Of a stretch of DNA of 64,000 nucleotides, positions 9,665 to 19,879 are shown piece after piece (within the stretch, counting starts at the first letter, position 1; the number at the start of each line of letters is the position of its first letter). The DNA is from Myxococcales bacterium (GTDB lineage Bacteria > Myxococcota_A > UBA9042). The stretch is from NCBI GenBank assembly GCA_037441385.1, contig JBBISH010000004.1, forward strand, positions 64,001-128,000, given 5' to 3'. The translations under genes were made by a program, and so were the position numbers. Below the pieces are notes generated by a model. The model was not told the DNA's origin. It saw only the letters and a list, made by a program, of their open reading frames with translations, and did not search any database.

Positions 9665-10393
9665 ATGACCTTTGCAGACCACCAAAATCTCAACGGCGAG
9701 CCTTGTCAAAACTGTCCGTCGCGTGCGTACAGTGAATTTGCTGATTTGTCGTACGAGTGTGCCTGCGACATGGAGCGGGCCCGCAGCCGCGTGCGCGCCG
9801 AGCCCGGCACACGCATCGCAACGCAAGGGGCAGTTTCTACAGCGCTCTATTTTGTGACCGACGGCATGGTGGGTCTGTGGCGAACCGACGTCAATGGCAA
9901 GCGGACCCTGGTGCGCCTGGTCCACGCCGGTCAAAGCCTGGAGTACCTGTGCCCGCTTGAGAAACCGTGCCCGTATGACGCCATCGCCATCAGCACCACC
10001 ATGATGTGCCGAATCGACGGCTCGTTCATGAACCACGCGGCGCGCGACGTGCCGGCGTTGGCGGTGCAGCTGTTGGACCACGCCCGCGAAGACCTGCAAG
10101 ACGCGTACGAAATGCTGCTGGCACGCAACACGCGCACCGTACGGGCGCGAGTGGCCGCACTGCTGGTCGACCTAGCGAGCCGTTACGGCCGCAAGGGGCT
10201 GCGCGGCATCGAATTGGAGCTGCGCCTGTCGCGCCGCGACATTGCTGAGCTGGTGGGGGCGCGGGTCGAAACGGTGGTGCGCGCCATTGGCGAGCTGGAG
10301 GCCGAGAACTTGGTCAAAGTGTCCGGCAAGCGCATGGTGATCTTGGGCGCCGATGCCTTGGCCGAGGCTGCCCGAGAGTCGCCGCCGGCCTGA
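9665..10393 (+). CDS. Crp/Fnr family transcriptional regulator, FNR-like
   Basis: N-terminal CQNC...CAC Cys cluster, cNMP-binding-like barrel, and HTH LSRRDIAELVGARVETVVR. Confidence 0.88.
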   Translation: MTFADHQNLNGEPCQNCPSRAYSEFADLSYECACDMERARSRVRAEPGTRIATQGAVSTALYFVTDGMVGLWRTDVNGKRTLVRLVHAGQSLEYLCPLEKPCPYDAIAISTTMMCRIDGSFMNHAARDVPALAVQLLDHAREDLQDAYEMLLARNTRTVRARVAALLVDLASRYGRKGLRGIELELRLSRRDIAELVGARVETVVRAIGELEAENLVKVSGKRMVILGADALAEAARESPPA

Positions 10394-10586
10394 GCCAAAC
10401 CCGCACGAAGCCCCCGTTTGGGCACGGCATTGGGGCGCCAGAGCGGCCCCATGCACCAAGATCGCGCTCGCGGCGCGGGGATTGCTGTGGTTGGTGCATT
10501 GCCGACCAAGGTAAACTGGTCTACCCTTCGACCAGCCATGGGGGGCGGCAGTTCAAAGGCGCGCACGGCGTGCCAGTGAGGGTTCC

Positions 10587-11381
10587 GTGACAACGGTGCG
10601 CAGCCATACTGTGCTGGTCGTTGACGACGATCCTGTGGTGCGACGCGTGGTTGCACTGCAAGTCGAGCAGCTTGGCCACCGCGTGCTCGAGGCGAACTCG
10701 GGGCGCATGGCGCTGGCGACGATTGCCGAACAGCCGGTCGACGCCGTGCTCCTCGACGTCATCATGCCCGACATGAGCGGCCTGGACGTGCTGCACCGCA
10801 TCAAGGCCGACCGCCGGACCGAGAGCCTGCCGGTGCTGATCATGACCGGGCTGGCCGACCAAGATCTGCGCCTGTCCGCGCTGGGTCTGGGCGCTGAAGA
10901 GTTGTTGTCCAAGCCCGTGGATCGCCTGGAACTGGGCGCGCGCCTTCGGAACATCTTGAAACTGAAGACCCTGGTCGACCTGCTGGCCAAGCAATCGGGC
11001 TCGGGCGGTGCGGTCTCTGCGCTGGCCGAGCAGGACCAGCTCGACGCGTCGTCGTGGCGGGCGCTGCAACAAGTCCTGGCCGGGCCACAAGACAAGCTCC
11101 AAGCGCCGCGCATCTTGCGGCTAGACGGAGACGGCCGCGTGGCCAGTCACGATGGCCGCAGTAGCCACCTGTCCGAACACGCGACGGATCTGCTGGGGCG
11201 CGACCGGCTGGTGTCGGCGCTCGCGGCGCTGCGGCAAGGCGGCACGCAGCAAGTGGAAGTATCGCTTACGAATTTGGGGAAGTGTACGGTGCGACTGGCC
11301 GCGGTGTTCGTGCCAGCCGGCCTGGGCGAACGGCGCGCGGCGACCGTGGCCGTCATCTATCCCGTAGAGGGCCGAACCTGA
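10587..11381 (+). CDS. Response regulator (receiver domain plus uncharacterised C-terminal domain)
   Basis: VLVVDDD, LLDVIMPDMSGL, LIMTG and LSKP receiver motifs. Confidence 0.85.
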   Translation: MTTVRSHTVLVVDDDPVVRRVVALQVEQLGHRVLEANSGRMALATIAEQPVDAVLLDVIMPDMSGLDVLHRIKADRRTESLPVLIMTGLADQDLRLSALGLGAEELLSKPVDRLELGARLRNILKLKTLVDLLAKQSGSGGAVSALAEQDQLDASSWRALQQVLAGPQDKLQAPRILRLDGDGRVASHDGRSSHLSEHATDLLGRDRLVSALAALRQGGTQQVEVSLTNLGKCTVRLAAVFVPAGLGERRAATVAVIYPVEGRT

Positions 11382-11462
11382 TCTCTGCGAGCGCGTGCGG
11401 CGAGGTGAAGCGCCGAGTTCGCCGGCTCGGACGTGCGGAGAAAGCCTGAATTGTTCAGCTCT

Positions 11463-13904
11463 CTAGCTGTCGAGTTCCTTCACGACGACGGGCACCGCCT
11501 GCAGCGCGGCCCCAAGCACCTGCTCCAGAACCAGCGCGAGTTCGCGGGCATTCGGGTCGTTTGCACGCAACGCTTCGTCCAGCTTGGCGGCGGCATCGCG
11601 CACCCCAGGCATCCCCAGCATACCCGCCACGCCTTTGATCGAGTGAGCTTCGCGTTGCGCTTCGCGCAGTTCCTTGCCCTCGTCGATTTGCCGCAGCAGC
11701 TTCTGGCAGGCATCCTTGTACTGATCGGCAAAGCGCAACAGCATTTCGCGCAGCAGCGAGGTGCGGCCGCCGGTAAAGCGCATGGCCGTCTCGACATCGA
11801 TCGAGTCGGACCACGTGCCTTGGGTGGGCAGCGGCCGCGCTTCAGTGGGGCGCGTGCGCCGGCGCGGCAGGTCCGCCAGGGTGCGGAACAGCGTATCGGG
11901 CTCGACCGGCTTGGCGATGTGCGCCACCATCCCGGCCGCGCGGCAACGGTCGCGTTCATCGGCCAGCGCATGGGCGGTCATGGCGACAATCGGCAGGTCG
12001 TCGTAGCGCGAGTCGGCGCGGATCGCCTTGGTGGCTTGGTAGCCGTCCAAGACCGGCATCTGCAAGTCCATCAAGATCACGTCGAAGCTGTTGGCCCCCA
12101 GCATGGCCAAGTTGTCCAGCGCTTCCTGACCATGGGCCGCGGTCGTCACGCGAACCCCAGCGTTGGTAAGGAGTTCCACGGCGATATCGCGGTTGATGGC
12201 ATTGTCCTCGACCAGCATGACGCTCAGGTCGCGCAGCTGCGGCCACTCGGTGTCGCCCGCAACGGTATCCACCGCGCGCTCGCCCGAGCACAAATCCAGC
12301 ACGGCATCAAGCAGTTGACTGGCGTGGATCGGCTTGGCCAACACCCGCGAGACGCCTAGCTCGGCGGTCGCCGCCCGCACATCGTCCGTCCCGTAGGCGG
12401 TCACGGTGGCCATCGGCGGCATGGAAGTGCCTTCCGGCACGGCGCTTTGCAGCAGACGGACCGCGTCAGCGCCGCTGGTGCCGGGCAGCTTCCAGTCGAC
12501 CAGCAGTAGACCGTAGGGATCGTGCTGCTCGATGGCCGCGGTCAGCGCTTTGGCGCCAGGCTCGGCAGACTCGAATTCGTCGACCCGCAGGCCCCAGCCG
12601 CGCAGCAGATCGGCCAGCGTGGCGCGGGCCACGGCCGCGTCTTCGATCAGCAGGCAACGTAACCCATGGAGCGACCTAGACAATTGAGCAGGCGCCTGCA
12701 CTTGCTGGGCGGCAACGCCAAGCCAAACGGTGGCGTGGAAGGTGCTGCCCAGGCCGGCGGCCGTGTCGACCGTGACGTCGCCGTCCATCATGGCCACCAG
12801 CCGGCGCGTAATCGAGAGGCCCAGGCCGGTACCGCCGTAGCGGCGCGTGGTGGTGCCGTCGCCCTGTTCGAACGGTTGGAACAGCCTTTCGACCTGCTCG
12901 GGTCCCATGCCGATGCCGGTGTCGCGCACCGAAAATCGCAGCTTGACGCGGCCCGGCTGCTGCTCGATGTGGCGCGCCTGGATCGCCACTTCGCCGCGCT
13001 CGGTGAACTTGACGGCGTTGCTGACCAAGTTGACCAGGATCTGCTGCACACGCATCGGATCGCCGCACAGCGCCGCCGGCACCATCGGATCGATGTCAAA
13101 GGTAAGCTTCAGGCCCTTTTCGCTGGCGTTTTGCCCGTTGACCGTGGCGACATGGTCCAAGACATCGACCAAGTTGAACTCGACGTCTTCGAGGTTGAGG
13201 TGGCCGGCCTCGATCTTAGAGAAATCCAGGATGTCGTTGATGATCCCCAGCAGCGAACCGGCTGCGGCGTGCAGGCGCGTCTGGTACTGCATCTGGCGCT
13301 CGTCCAGCTGCGTCTTCAGCATCAAGTGCGACAGCCCCAGCACCGCATTCATCGGCGTGCGGATCTCGTGGCTCATGTTCGCCAGAAACATCGACTTGGC
13401 GCGCGCAGCGGCCTCGGCCAGCTCTTTGGCGTGCTGCAGTTCGCTGGTGCGGCGGGCGACCAGGCCCTCCAAGTTCTGCTGGTGATCACGCAACTCGCGA
13501 TTACGCCTGCGCAACTCGGCCATCAGCTCGCCGGCGGAACGCCAGACCAGCCGCCGACGCAGTGCATCGACCTCGGCCGGCGACAGCTCGGCGCGGCGGG
13601 GCGGCATGGGCCACGCTATCTCGGCCAGTTGGCGGGTCGCCTGCGACCACGGCGCCAGACTGACCACTTGGTCTTGCCCTGACCGCGGCCCGCGCAGCAC
13701 CAGCATCACACCGTGGCCACGGCGGTCCAATTCCAGCTCCCACGTGGTGCCGATCCCGGCACTTCGCGCCCACTGCGAGAACGCCAGCGCAAATTGCATC
13801 GCCGCGCGCCGGTCTTCGAGCAGGTCGGCCAGGACCGTGAACAGGTGGTGACGGATCTCGGGCAACAGCTCGATGTCGTCGAGGCGCATCTCGCCCAGCA
13901 GCAT
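11463..13904 (-). CDS. Hybrid sensor histidine kinase (HisKA, HATPase, two receivers, Hpt)
   Basis: [37 protein letters not shown], two REC domains (LVDWKLP, LMDLQMP) and Hpt AHSIKGVAG. No obvious TM segment. Confidence 0.95.
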   Translation of the reverse strand: MLLGEMRLDDIELLPEIRHHLFTVLADLLEDRRAAMQFALAFSQWARSAGIGTTWELELDRRGHGVMLVLRGPRSGQDQVVSLAPWSQATRQLAEIAWPMPPRRAELSPAEVDALRRRLVWRSAGELMAELRRRNRELRDHQQNLEGLVARRTSELQHAKELAEAAARAKSMFLANMSHEIRTPMNAVLGLSHLMLKTQLDERQMQYQTRLHAAAGSLLGIINDILDFSKIEAGHLNLEDVEFNLVDVLDHVATVNGQNASEKGLKLTFDIDPMVPAALCGDPMRVQQILVNLVSNAVKFTERGEVAIQARHIEQQPGRVKLRFSVRDTGIGMGPEQVERLFQPFEQGDGTTTRRYGGTGLGLSITRRLVAMMDGDVTVDTAAGLGSTFHATVWLGVAAQQVQAPAQLSRSLHGLRCLLIEDAAVARATLADLLRGWGLRVDEFESAEPGAKALTAAIEQHDPYGLLLVDWKLPGTSGADAVRLLQSAVPEGTSMPPMATVTAYGTDDVRAATAELGVSRVLAKPIHASQLLDAVLDLCSGERAVDTVAGDTEWPQLRDLSVMLVEDNAINRDIAVELLTNAGVRVTTAAHGQEALDNLAMLGANSFDVILMDLQMPVLDGYQATKAIRADSRYDDLPIVAMTAHALADERDRCRAAGMVAHIAKPVEPDTLFRTLADLPRRRTRPTEARPLPTQGTWSDSIDVETAMRFTGGRTSLLREMLLRFADQYKDACQKLLRQIDEGKELREAQREAHSIKGVAGMLGMPGVRDAAAKLDEALRANDPNARELALVLEQVLGAALQAVPVVVKELDS

Positions 13905-14549
13905 CTAGAACCCCCTTGGGTCGGGCGCGATGTCGACCACCAGACAGGCCGCGTCGTCGTGCGGTCGGGCGTGCCCCTGGACAATGTGCTCCGCCAGGTC
14001 GGCGGCATTGGCGCGGCTGGGACGCATCAGCTCTTGCAGGGCCGACGAACGGATGCCGTCGGTCAGGCCGACAATGCGCATCGCGCCGCGCAGGCGAATC
14101 GGTGATCGCGGCAGGGCCGGCAGTGCCACCCCAAGCAAACCAGAAGCACTGGGAATACGTTGAAATTCTGGATACTGCACCACCCACACCACGTCGCCGA
14201 TGCATACGGCGTCCAGGGTGCCGTCGCGCAGATCCACGCGCAGCGCAGCGCCAACTGCGCCAAAGGTCCCGGCCAGTTGCATGTGCAGGTGCTGCAGCCA
14301 CGCCTGCGGCGTATCGTCGGCCAGGTACTGGAGCGTGCCCACCAACTCGTCCGCGCGCCGCGAGGCCTGATGCCCATGGCCCGCCGCATCAAAAAGCACA
14401 GCCATCACGGCATCTTGCCCAAATCGGCGCACCACGGCTCGGTCGCCCGTGGCCGTCTCGCCGCGGCACGGCAGCACATAGCTGGCCGTAGAGACCGTCC
14501 ATCGCGCCGGCGTCTGGACCGGATTGCCGTTGCCCGCTTCGCCCTTCAT
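13905..14549 (-). CDS. PP2C/SpoIIE-type phosphatase (RsbX-like)
   Basis: GD, FDAAGHG, IGD, LTDGI and HDDAACLVV motifs. Lies directly after rsbT with an ATGA overlap at 14546-14549. Confidence 0.85.
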   Translation of the reverse strand: MKGEAGNGNPVQTPARWTVSTASYVLPCRGETATGDRAVVRRFGQDAVMAVLFDAAGHGHQASRRADELVGTLQYLADDTPQAWLQHLHMQLAGTFGAVGAALRVDLRDGTLDAVCIGDVVWVVQYPEFQRIPSASGLLGVALPALPRSPIRLRGAMRIVGLTDGIRSSALQELMRPSRANAADLAEHIVQGHARPHDDAACLVVDIAPDPRGF

Positions 14550-14959
14550 GCCATCCATCGCCGCACTTTGATCGTGGTGCCCACGCCGGGCGCCGAGTCG
14601 ATGTGGAAGTCGTCGACCATCCGCCGCACGGCGGGCAGGCCCAAACCCAGGCCGCCGCCAGTGGAAAATCGCTCGGTCATCGCCGCGGCCACGTCGGCAA
14701 TGCCGGGGCCGCGGTCTTCGGCGGTGATCTCGACCATCACGCGCCGTTCCAGGTGGGTGACCACCACGGTGAGCAGGCCCGAGCCGGCATAGCGAACGAT
14801 GTTGTTCGACAGCTCCGAGGCCACCGTAACCATGCGCATCGACTCGGCATCACCGCAGCCGGCGTCTTGCAGCACGCGCCGCATGCCGCCCACCATCGCC
14901 GGCAAATCGGTCTCGCCCGTGAGCCGAAAGACGTTGCGGCTGATGGAGTTGCTATGCAT
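14546..14959 (-). CDS. rsbT: Stressosome Ser/Thr kinase RsbT
   Basis: SELSNNIVRYAGSG, EDRGPGIAD, FSTGGGLGLGLPAVRRMVDDF motifs. Confidence 0.92.
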   Translation of the reverse strand: MHSNSISRNVFRLTGETDLPAMVGGMRRVLQDAGCGDAESMRMVTVASELSNNIVRYAGSGLLTVVVTHLERRVMVEITAEDRGPGIADVAAAMTERFSTGGGLGLGLPAVRRMVDDFHIDSAPGVGTTIKVRRWMA

Positions 14960-14966
14960 CGCTTGG

Positions 14967-15365
14967 CTACTGCCCCAACGCTTGCAGCGCGCCGTGCACG
15001 GTCGCCACGGTGGCGTCGAACCCCCCGGTGTCGGCGTCGAGCGCAGCGAGAGTTTCGACGACTTGCGGCGCCAGCCCGGCCAGCACCACCCGCGCGCCCA
15101 GCAAGCGCACCATGGCGGCAGTCTGCTGCAATGCCTTGAACTCCCAAGGATCCATCAGCTGCAGGCTGGCCACATCAAACACGACACCCTGGGCCCGCAC
15201 TTGGTGGACACGCGCCAGCAAATCGTCGCGCAGGCGCTGCACCACCGCAGAGGTCAGGTCGCGGGTCAAGGTGGCGATGACCACGCGATCGATGGTCGAC
15301 AGCGACGTCGGGGTCAGGTCGGCGTGACTCCTCTCGGGACGCTCGACCAGGGACACGCCGCTCAT
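14967..15365 (-). CDS. rsbS: Stressosome STAS protein RsbS
   Basis: Stand-alone STAS domain (GVVFDVASLQLMD...LLGARVVLAGLAPQVVETL) between rsbR and rsbT, with ATG at 15365 overlapping the rsbR stop. Confidence 0.85.
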   Translation of the reverse strand: MSGVSLVERPERSHADLTPTSLSTIDRVVIATLTRDLTSAVVQRLRDDLLARVHQVRAQGVVFDVASLQLMDPWEFKALQQTAAMVRLLGARVVLAGLAPQVVETLAALDADTGGFDATVATVHGALQALGQ

Positions 15366-16408
15366 GCTGCGCCCCCGCGGACGATCTCGCCGGTCTTGCG
15401 AATTTCGATGCCGATGCGGCCAAAGGCGTCTTCCAAGGCGTCGCGCAGGGTTGCGCGGGTGTGGACCTTGCCCACATCGATGCCGAGCTCGACGATGGTC
15501 TGAGCAATCGCTGGCGACAAGCCCGAGAGCAAGCACTCGCAACCCATCAGGCGCGTGGCACGCGTCACCTTGACCAAGTGGTTGGCCACGGCGGTGTCCA
15601 TCACCGACACGCCCGAAATGTCCATGATGAACACGCGGGCGCGCGTTTCGGCGATGCGGGTCAGCACCGAGCGCATGATGTCTTGGGCGCGCCGCGAGTC
15701 GACGATGCCCACCACGGGGAGCATCAAGATGTCTTCCCAAAGGGCCGTAACTGGGGTCGACATCTCTAGAATCGAGCGCGCTTGGTCGGCGATCTTCTCG
15801 TTGATGACCTGGGAGTACGCCTCGACCACGATGGCCGTGTCGATGTGAATGAGCTTGGTCACCGAGCGCTGGCAGGCCAGGAATTGCGCGGGTTTGAGAT
15901 TGCCGTCGTAGACCTCGTCCATCCACAGGCTCAGGCCCTTGTCCATCGCGGCGAAATACGCCGGCAGGCTGAGGCCCACGCGCGCGTGGACGATGCCCAC
16001 GTCGCGCCGGTAGCGCACGTAACTATCGTCGACTTCTGCGGTAAAGAACGTGCGCCAGTAGCTGGCCTGCAAGCCGCGCACGCGCGCCAAGCGGCCGGGG
16101 TCAGCAAAGAACAGGTCGTACTCGGGCTGGCCCGACATCCAGACGTAGAAGGCGGTCAAGAAGTCTTCGATGCGCGGCGCCAGGATCGCGCCCATCTTGC
16201 GAACGAGATCGCGATCGACTTCGGTGAATTGGTGCCGCTCGATCAACTGGTAGGCGTTGGTGAGCGCAGAAAACGGCACGTCGCTGCCCGGCCAGGTGCC
16301 CGTACGGTAGCTGTCGCTGCCGGTGTTCGGCGGCGGGTGGCTGGGAGCTTCGGCGGAAGAATCGCCCAAGTTGCCGTGGGTTTGGTTGGATCGACCGGCC
16401 TGTGGCAT
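15362..16408 (-). CDS. rsbR: Globin-coupled stressosome sensor RsbR (sensor globin plus STAS)
   Basis: Sensor-globin-like segment (FYVWM...YVRYRRDVGIVHARVGL, likely proximal His), then EMSTPV linker and STAS domain (LPVVGIVDSRRA, DISGVSVMDTAVA). True start may be downstream of 16408. Confidence 0.9.
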   Translation of the reverse strand: MPQAGRSNQTHGNLGDSSAEAPSHPPPNTGSDSYRTGTWPGSDVPFSALTNAYQLIERHQFTEVDRDLVRKMGAILAPRIEDFLTAFYVWMSGQPEYDLFFADPGRLARVRGLQASYWRTFFTAEVDDSYVRYRRDVGIVHARVGLSLPAYFAAMDKGLSLWMDEVYDGNLKPAQFLACQRSVTKLIHIDTAIVVEAYSQVINEKIADQARSILEMSTPVTALWEDILMLPVVGIVDSRRAQDIMRSVLTRIAETRARVFIMDISGVSVMDTAVANHLVKVTRATRLMGCECLLSGLSPAIAQTIVELGIDVGKVHTRATLRDALEDAFGRIGIEIRKTGEIVRGGAA

Positions 16409-16482
16409 TCTGCCTCGTCGGGCGCCCCGGCGCCGCGCGCGTCATGGTACTGCAATTCGCCTCAGGATGACACTTGATGCGC

Positions 16483-16538
16483 ACCCCGGTTCGGGTCCGA
16501 AGAAATGCCCGAGTTTTCGATCGGATTCGGACGGAACC
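16483..16538. repeat. Dispersed structured repeat, copy 1 (partial, orientation R)
   Basis: ACCCCGGTTCGGGTCCGAAGAAATGCCCGAGTTTTCGATCGGATTCGGACGGAACC matches the right half of copy 3. Confidence 0.9.
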
Positions 16539-16716
16539 GTTGGGCAGTTCCTCGCGAGGACGGCGACGGTGCCGCGGACTGGGCGGCTGCCACGGCGGTG
16601 GCGCTGCGGTCACGTAGCCTCAGGGGACGCAAGGATGTTTCTGGAAGCGGTTGCGACCCCGCGCGAACTTGCCCACACTGCCCATCGCGCCGCACGCGAT
16701 CGCGGCCAGGCTGCCG

Positions 16717-17853
16717 ATGACCCTCGCCATCCACCAGTTTGAACGCCAAGCCGGCCACGACGCGCGCGCAGTCGACGCGTTCGTTGCCCAGCACTCGTTT
16801 CCGATTATCGAAGGCCGCACGGGCACCTTTGTCTACCGCGGCAAGGCCGACGACGTGCGGCTGCGCCACTTTGTGTTCGGGTTGCCGTCGGATATGCCGA
16901 TGACGCGCATCCCGCGGACGGACCTGTGGTACGTGGTGCTCGACGTGCCCGCGCGATCGCGCTTTGAGTACAAATTCGAGGTGGTGCGCGGCGGCAAAGG
17001 CACTTGGGTCCGCGACCCGCACAACGCGCGCCAGGCCCACGATCCTTTCGGCTCCAATTCGGTCTGCCACGGCGAGGGGTATCAGCTGCCGGACTGGGTG
17101 GAAGTGGACGCAGACGCGCGCGAGGGCGCCCTGCACGAACTGGTGATCCCGACTACGCCCTGGGGCGAACCGCGCAACATCACGGTGTATACCCCGGCGC
17201 GCTTCCGCGTATCGCGGCGCTACCCGCTGCTGGTGGTGCACGATGGCGGCGACTACCTGAAATTCGCTCGCATGAAGGTGGTGCTCGACAACCTGATCCA
17301 CCGGCTTGAAGTGGCGCCGATGGTGGTGGCCTTCACGCATCCCCGCAATCGCATGGTGGAATATCCAGACCAGGCGCAACACCAGGCCTACATCGTCGAG
17401 CACGTCGTGCCGTTCATGGAGGAGCACTACCCGCTGTACAAGACGCCCGCGCAGCGCTGCCTGATGGGCGCGAGTTTTGGCGGCGTCGCCAGTCTGAGCA
17501 CGGCTTGGCACTACCCCGGCGTGTTTGGAAAACTGCTTTTGCAGTCGGGCAGTTTTGCCTTTACCGACATTGGCCAGCACACTCGCGGGCCCGCGTTTGA
17601 CCGGGTGGTCGAGTTCGTCAATGCCTTTCGCGAGGCGCCCGGCAAACCGTGCGATCGCGCCTACCTGTCGTGCGGCACATACGAGTCGCTGATCTACGAG
17701 AACCGCTCGATGGTACCGTTCTTGCAGGGAATTGGCCTGGACGTGCGCTTCGAGGAAGCCCGCGACGGCCACAATTGGGAGAATTGGCGTGATCGCCTGC
17801 AGTCGGCCCTGAGTTGGCTGTTTCCGGGGCCGCTGTGGATGGTCTACGAGTAG
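16717..17853 (+). CDS. Fes-like esterase (Ig/CBM48-like N-domain plus alpha/beta hydrolase)
   Basis: FEYKF...DPHN, YPLLVVHDG, nucleophile elbow GASFGG, QSGSF and DGHNWENWR. Confidence 0.85.
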   Translation: MTLAIHQFERQAGHDARAVDAFVAQHSFPIIEGRTGTFVYRGKADDVRLRHFVFGLPSDMPMTRIPRTDLWYVVLDVPARSRFEYKFEVVRGGKGTWVRDPHNARQAHDPFGSNSVCHGEGYQLPDWVEVDADAREGALHELVIPTTPWGEPRNITVYTPARFRVSRRYPLLVVHDGGDYLKFARMKVVLDNLIHRLEVAPMVVAFTHPRNRMVEYPDQAQHQAYIVEHVVPFMEEHYPLYKTPAQRCLMGASFGGVASLSTAWHYPGVFGKLLLQSGSFAFTDIGQHTRGPAFDRVVEFVNAFREAPGKPCDRAYLSCGTYESLIYENRSMVPFLQGIGLDVRFEEARDGHNWENWRDRLQSALSWLFPGPLWMVYE

Positions 17854-18992
17854 CCGCCGCCAGCCTGGCGCTGGCCGTAGCGGCGACCGGCTGCAAAGAG
17901 CGCGAATCGCCGCGGCCCGCTCCGTTGCCGGCCGCCGCAAGTGCCTGGCCCAACGCAGACTTGGCTGGTTTGGAGTTGGCTGGGCCGGCCACCGCCGTGC
18001 TAGAAGCGGGCATCGCCGACAACGCGCCGCCTCTTGAATTCGACAAGCTTGACGCATACTTGCGTGCGACTTCGGCCTGCGAGGTGGGGCCGGTCGATGT
18101 CGACCCGTACTGCCCAGCCTACCGCCGCTATGCCACGGCGCGGCAACGGTTGCAGGTGCGTCCGGGCCTGGTGGCCGACTATGCCGCATTAGGGCTGCGC
18201 TTTTTGGGCAACGCCAGCCCGGTGGTGCGCATGCTGGCCGCGCAGCTGGCGACGGCGCAATTGCAGAATACCTATCCGCAGTTGCTCGCGGCCGCGCGGC
18301 GTGAGTCGCACCCGCAGGTCCAGGTCGTGCTGCTGACGCTGCTGACGCAGCCGGCCGCGGCGGCGGGGCGCCCTGCCGTGCTGGAGTTGGCCGACGAGCG
18401 CGCCCGATCCCCGCAATTGCCGGTGCGGGTCGCGGCCTTGCAGGTGCTGGCCAGCGAGCCGGCCGCCCACCTGGCGACTTTGGGCGATCGGCTGGCCCAC
18501 GGCGATGTTCCCGAGCAGATGACGGCATGCCGGCCCGTAGCACGGCTGTCGCCGCAACACCACGAAGTGGCTGAACTTTTGCAGCAACCGGACCTGAACA
18601 AAGAGGTTCGCGCCGCGTGCTCGCAAGGTCTGGTGGACGCGCTGTGCGGCAACGGCGACGACACCGTGCGCAAGTCGGCATGGATACTGCTGAAGGCGGA
18701 GTTGACCCGCACCGACGCCAAGCGCCCGGCCTGGCAAGCGGTTGAGGCGCTCGGCTGCCTGGCCAAGACCGACGCGCCAGAGCGGGCCGAAGTCCTTGCC
18801 TTGCTTCGCGATCTGGTAGACAGCGACGCCGCTTCGGGGTTTGCGCGGGCCGCAGCCGTGCGCAGCCTGGGCCGGCTGGGGGCGCCACACGAGTGGCAAG
18901 GCGAGTTGAGTAAGCGCTATCGAAACGAACAGTTTGGTGCCGCAGGCCAAGTCCGGCGGGCCATGCTGGACGAAGGATGGCTGCATCCATGA
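17835..18992 (+). CDS. Lipoprotein with HEAT-like helical repeats (start uncertain)
   Basis: Lipobox ATGC and repeated motifs PVVRMLAA, PVRVAAL, EVRAAC and ARAAAVRSLG. Confidence 0.6.
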   Translation: MDGLRVAAASLALAVAATGCKERESPRPAPLPAAASAWPNADLAGLELAGPATAVLEAGIADNAPPLEFDKLDAYLRATSACEVGPVDVDPYCPAYRRYATARQRLQVRPGLVADYAALGLRFLGNASPVVRMLAAQLATAQLQNTYPQLLAAARRESHPQVQVVLLTLLTQPAAAAGRPAVLELADERARSPQLPVRVAALQVLASEPAAHLATLGDRLAHGDVPEQMTACRPVARLSPQHHEVAELLQQPDLNKEVRAACSQGLVDALCGNGDDTVRKSAWILLKAELTRTDAKRPAWQAVEALGCLAKTDAPERAEVLALLRDLVDSDAASGFARAAAVRSLGRLGAPHEWQGELSKRYRNEQFGAAGQVRRAMLDEGWLHP

Positions 18993-19879
18993 TCGAGGGC
19001 ATGCCACAGATCGGGATGGGCGAAGTGATGGCGCTGAGCTGCGCCGCTTGCTGGGCCACCGCGGTGATGCTGTTTCGTCGCGTGGGGGCAGTGGACGCGA
19101 CTGCCTTGAATCTGTTCAAGAATGTCGTGGCGTCGGTGCTGCTACTGGCGACGATGGCGGCGCTGGGCAAGGGTTGGGACACGCACCGTTCGACCGAAGA
19201 CTGGCTGCGGCTGGCGGGCAGCGCGGTGCTGGGCTTGTCCATTGCCGATACGCTGTTCTTGGCCGGGCTGCAGCGAGTGGGGACCAGCGTCGCCGCGGTG
19301 ACGGACTGCATCTACTCGCCGATTGTGATGACGCTTTCGGCCCTGCTGATCGGCGAGGAGCTGCGCGGCGGGCTGCTGATTGGAGCGCCACTGGTGGTGG
19401 CCGGTCTGGCGGTGGTGGCCTGGCAAGGTCGTGAAACACTTGAGCATCTTGACTTGGGCGGGGTGGCTCTGTGCCTGGGCGGCGTGGCGACGACGGCGCT
19501 GGCGGTGGTGGTGGCCAAGCCGGCGCTGAACCGCTCGGACTTGCTCGAAGCGACCACCTTTCGGCTGGTGGTGGGCGCGGTGGCCATCGTGGTGTGGGAC
19601 GGACTGACCGGCAAAATCGGTCGCAGCTTCAGCTTATTTCGACCTCAAGCCGCCTGGCGTATGGCGATCCCGGCGACACTGGTGGGCACCTACCTGTCCA
19701 TGCTGCTGTGGCTGGGCGGCATCAAATACACCATGGCTTCGCGGGCGGCGCTGCTGAACCAGATGGGCACGGTGTTCACGCTGCTGCTGTCGGCCTGGCT
19801 GGGCGACAAGATCCCGCGGCAGCGCTGGGTGGGCGCTGGGCTGGCGATCGCGGGCGCGATGGTCGTGCTGGCGGGCTAG
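18989..19879 (+). CDS. DMT/EamA family transporter
   Basis: About 10 hydrophobic helices in two EamA-like repeats, with ATGA overlap with the upstream gene. Confidence 0.88.
   Translation: MIEGMPQIGMGEVMALSCAACWATAVMLFRRVGAVDATALNLFKNVVASVLLLATMAALGKGWDTHRSTEDWLRLAGSAVLGLSIADTLFLAGLQRVGTSVAAVTDCIYSPIVMTLSALLIGEELRGGLLIGAPLVVAGLAVVAWQGRETLEHLDLGGVALCLGGVATTALAVVVAKPALNRSDLLEATTFRLVVGAVAIVVWDGLTGKIGRSFSLFRPQAAWRMAIPATLVGTYLSMLLWLGGIKYTMASRAALLNQMGTVFTLLLSAWLGDKIPRQRWVGAGLAIAGAMVVLAG

Noticed and set aside
16462..19311. 949 aa minus-strand ORF and similar long ORFs (1848-3770, 29592-31379, 36052-37719, 44204-46072, 56638-58350, 58651-60531)
   Set aside because: They are antisense or off-frame shadows of well-supported genes, with no recognisable motifs, as expected in high-GC DNA.
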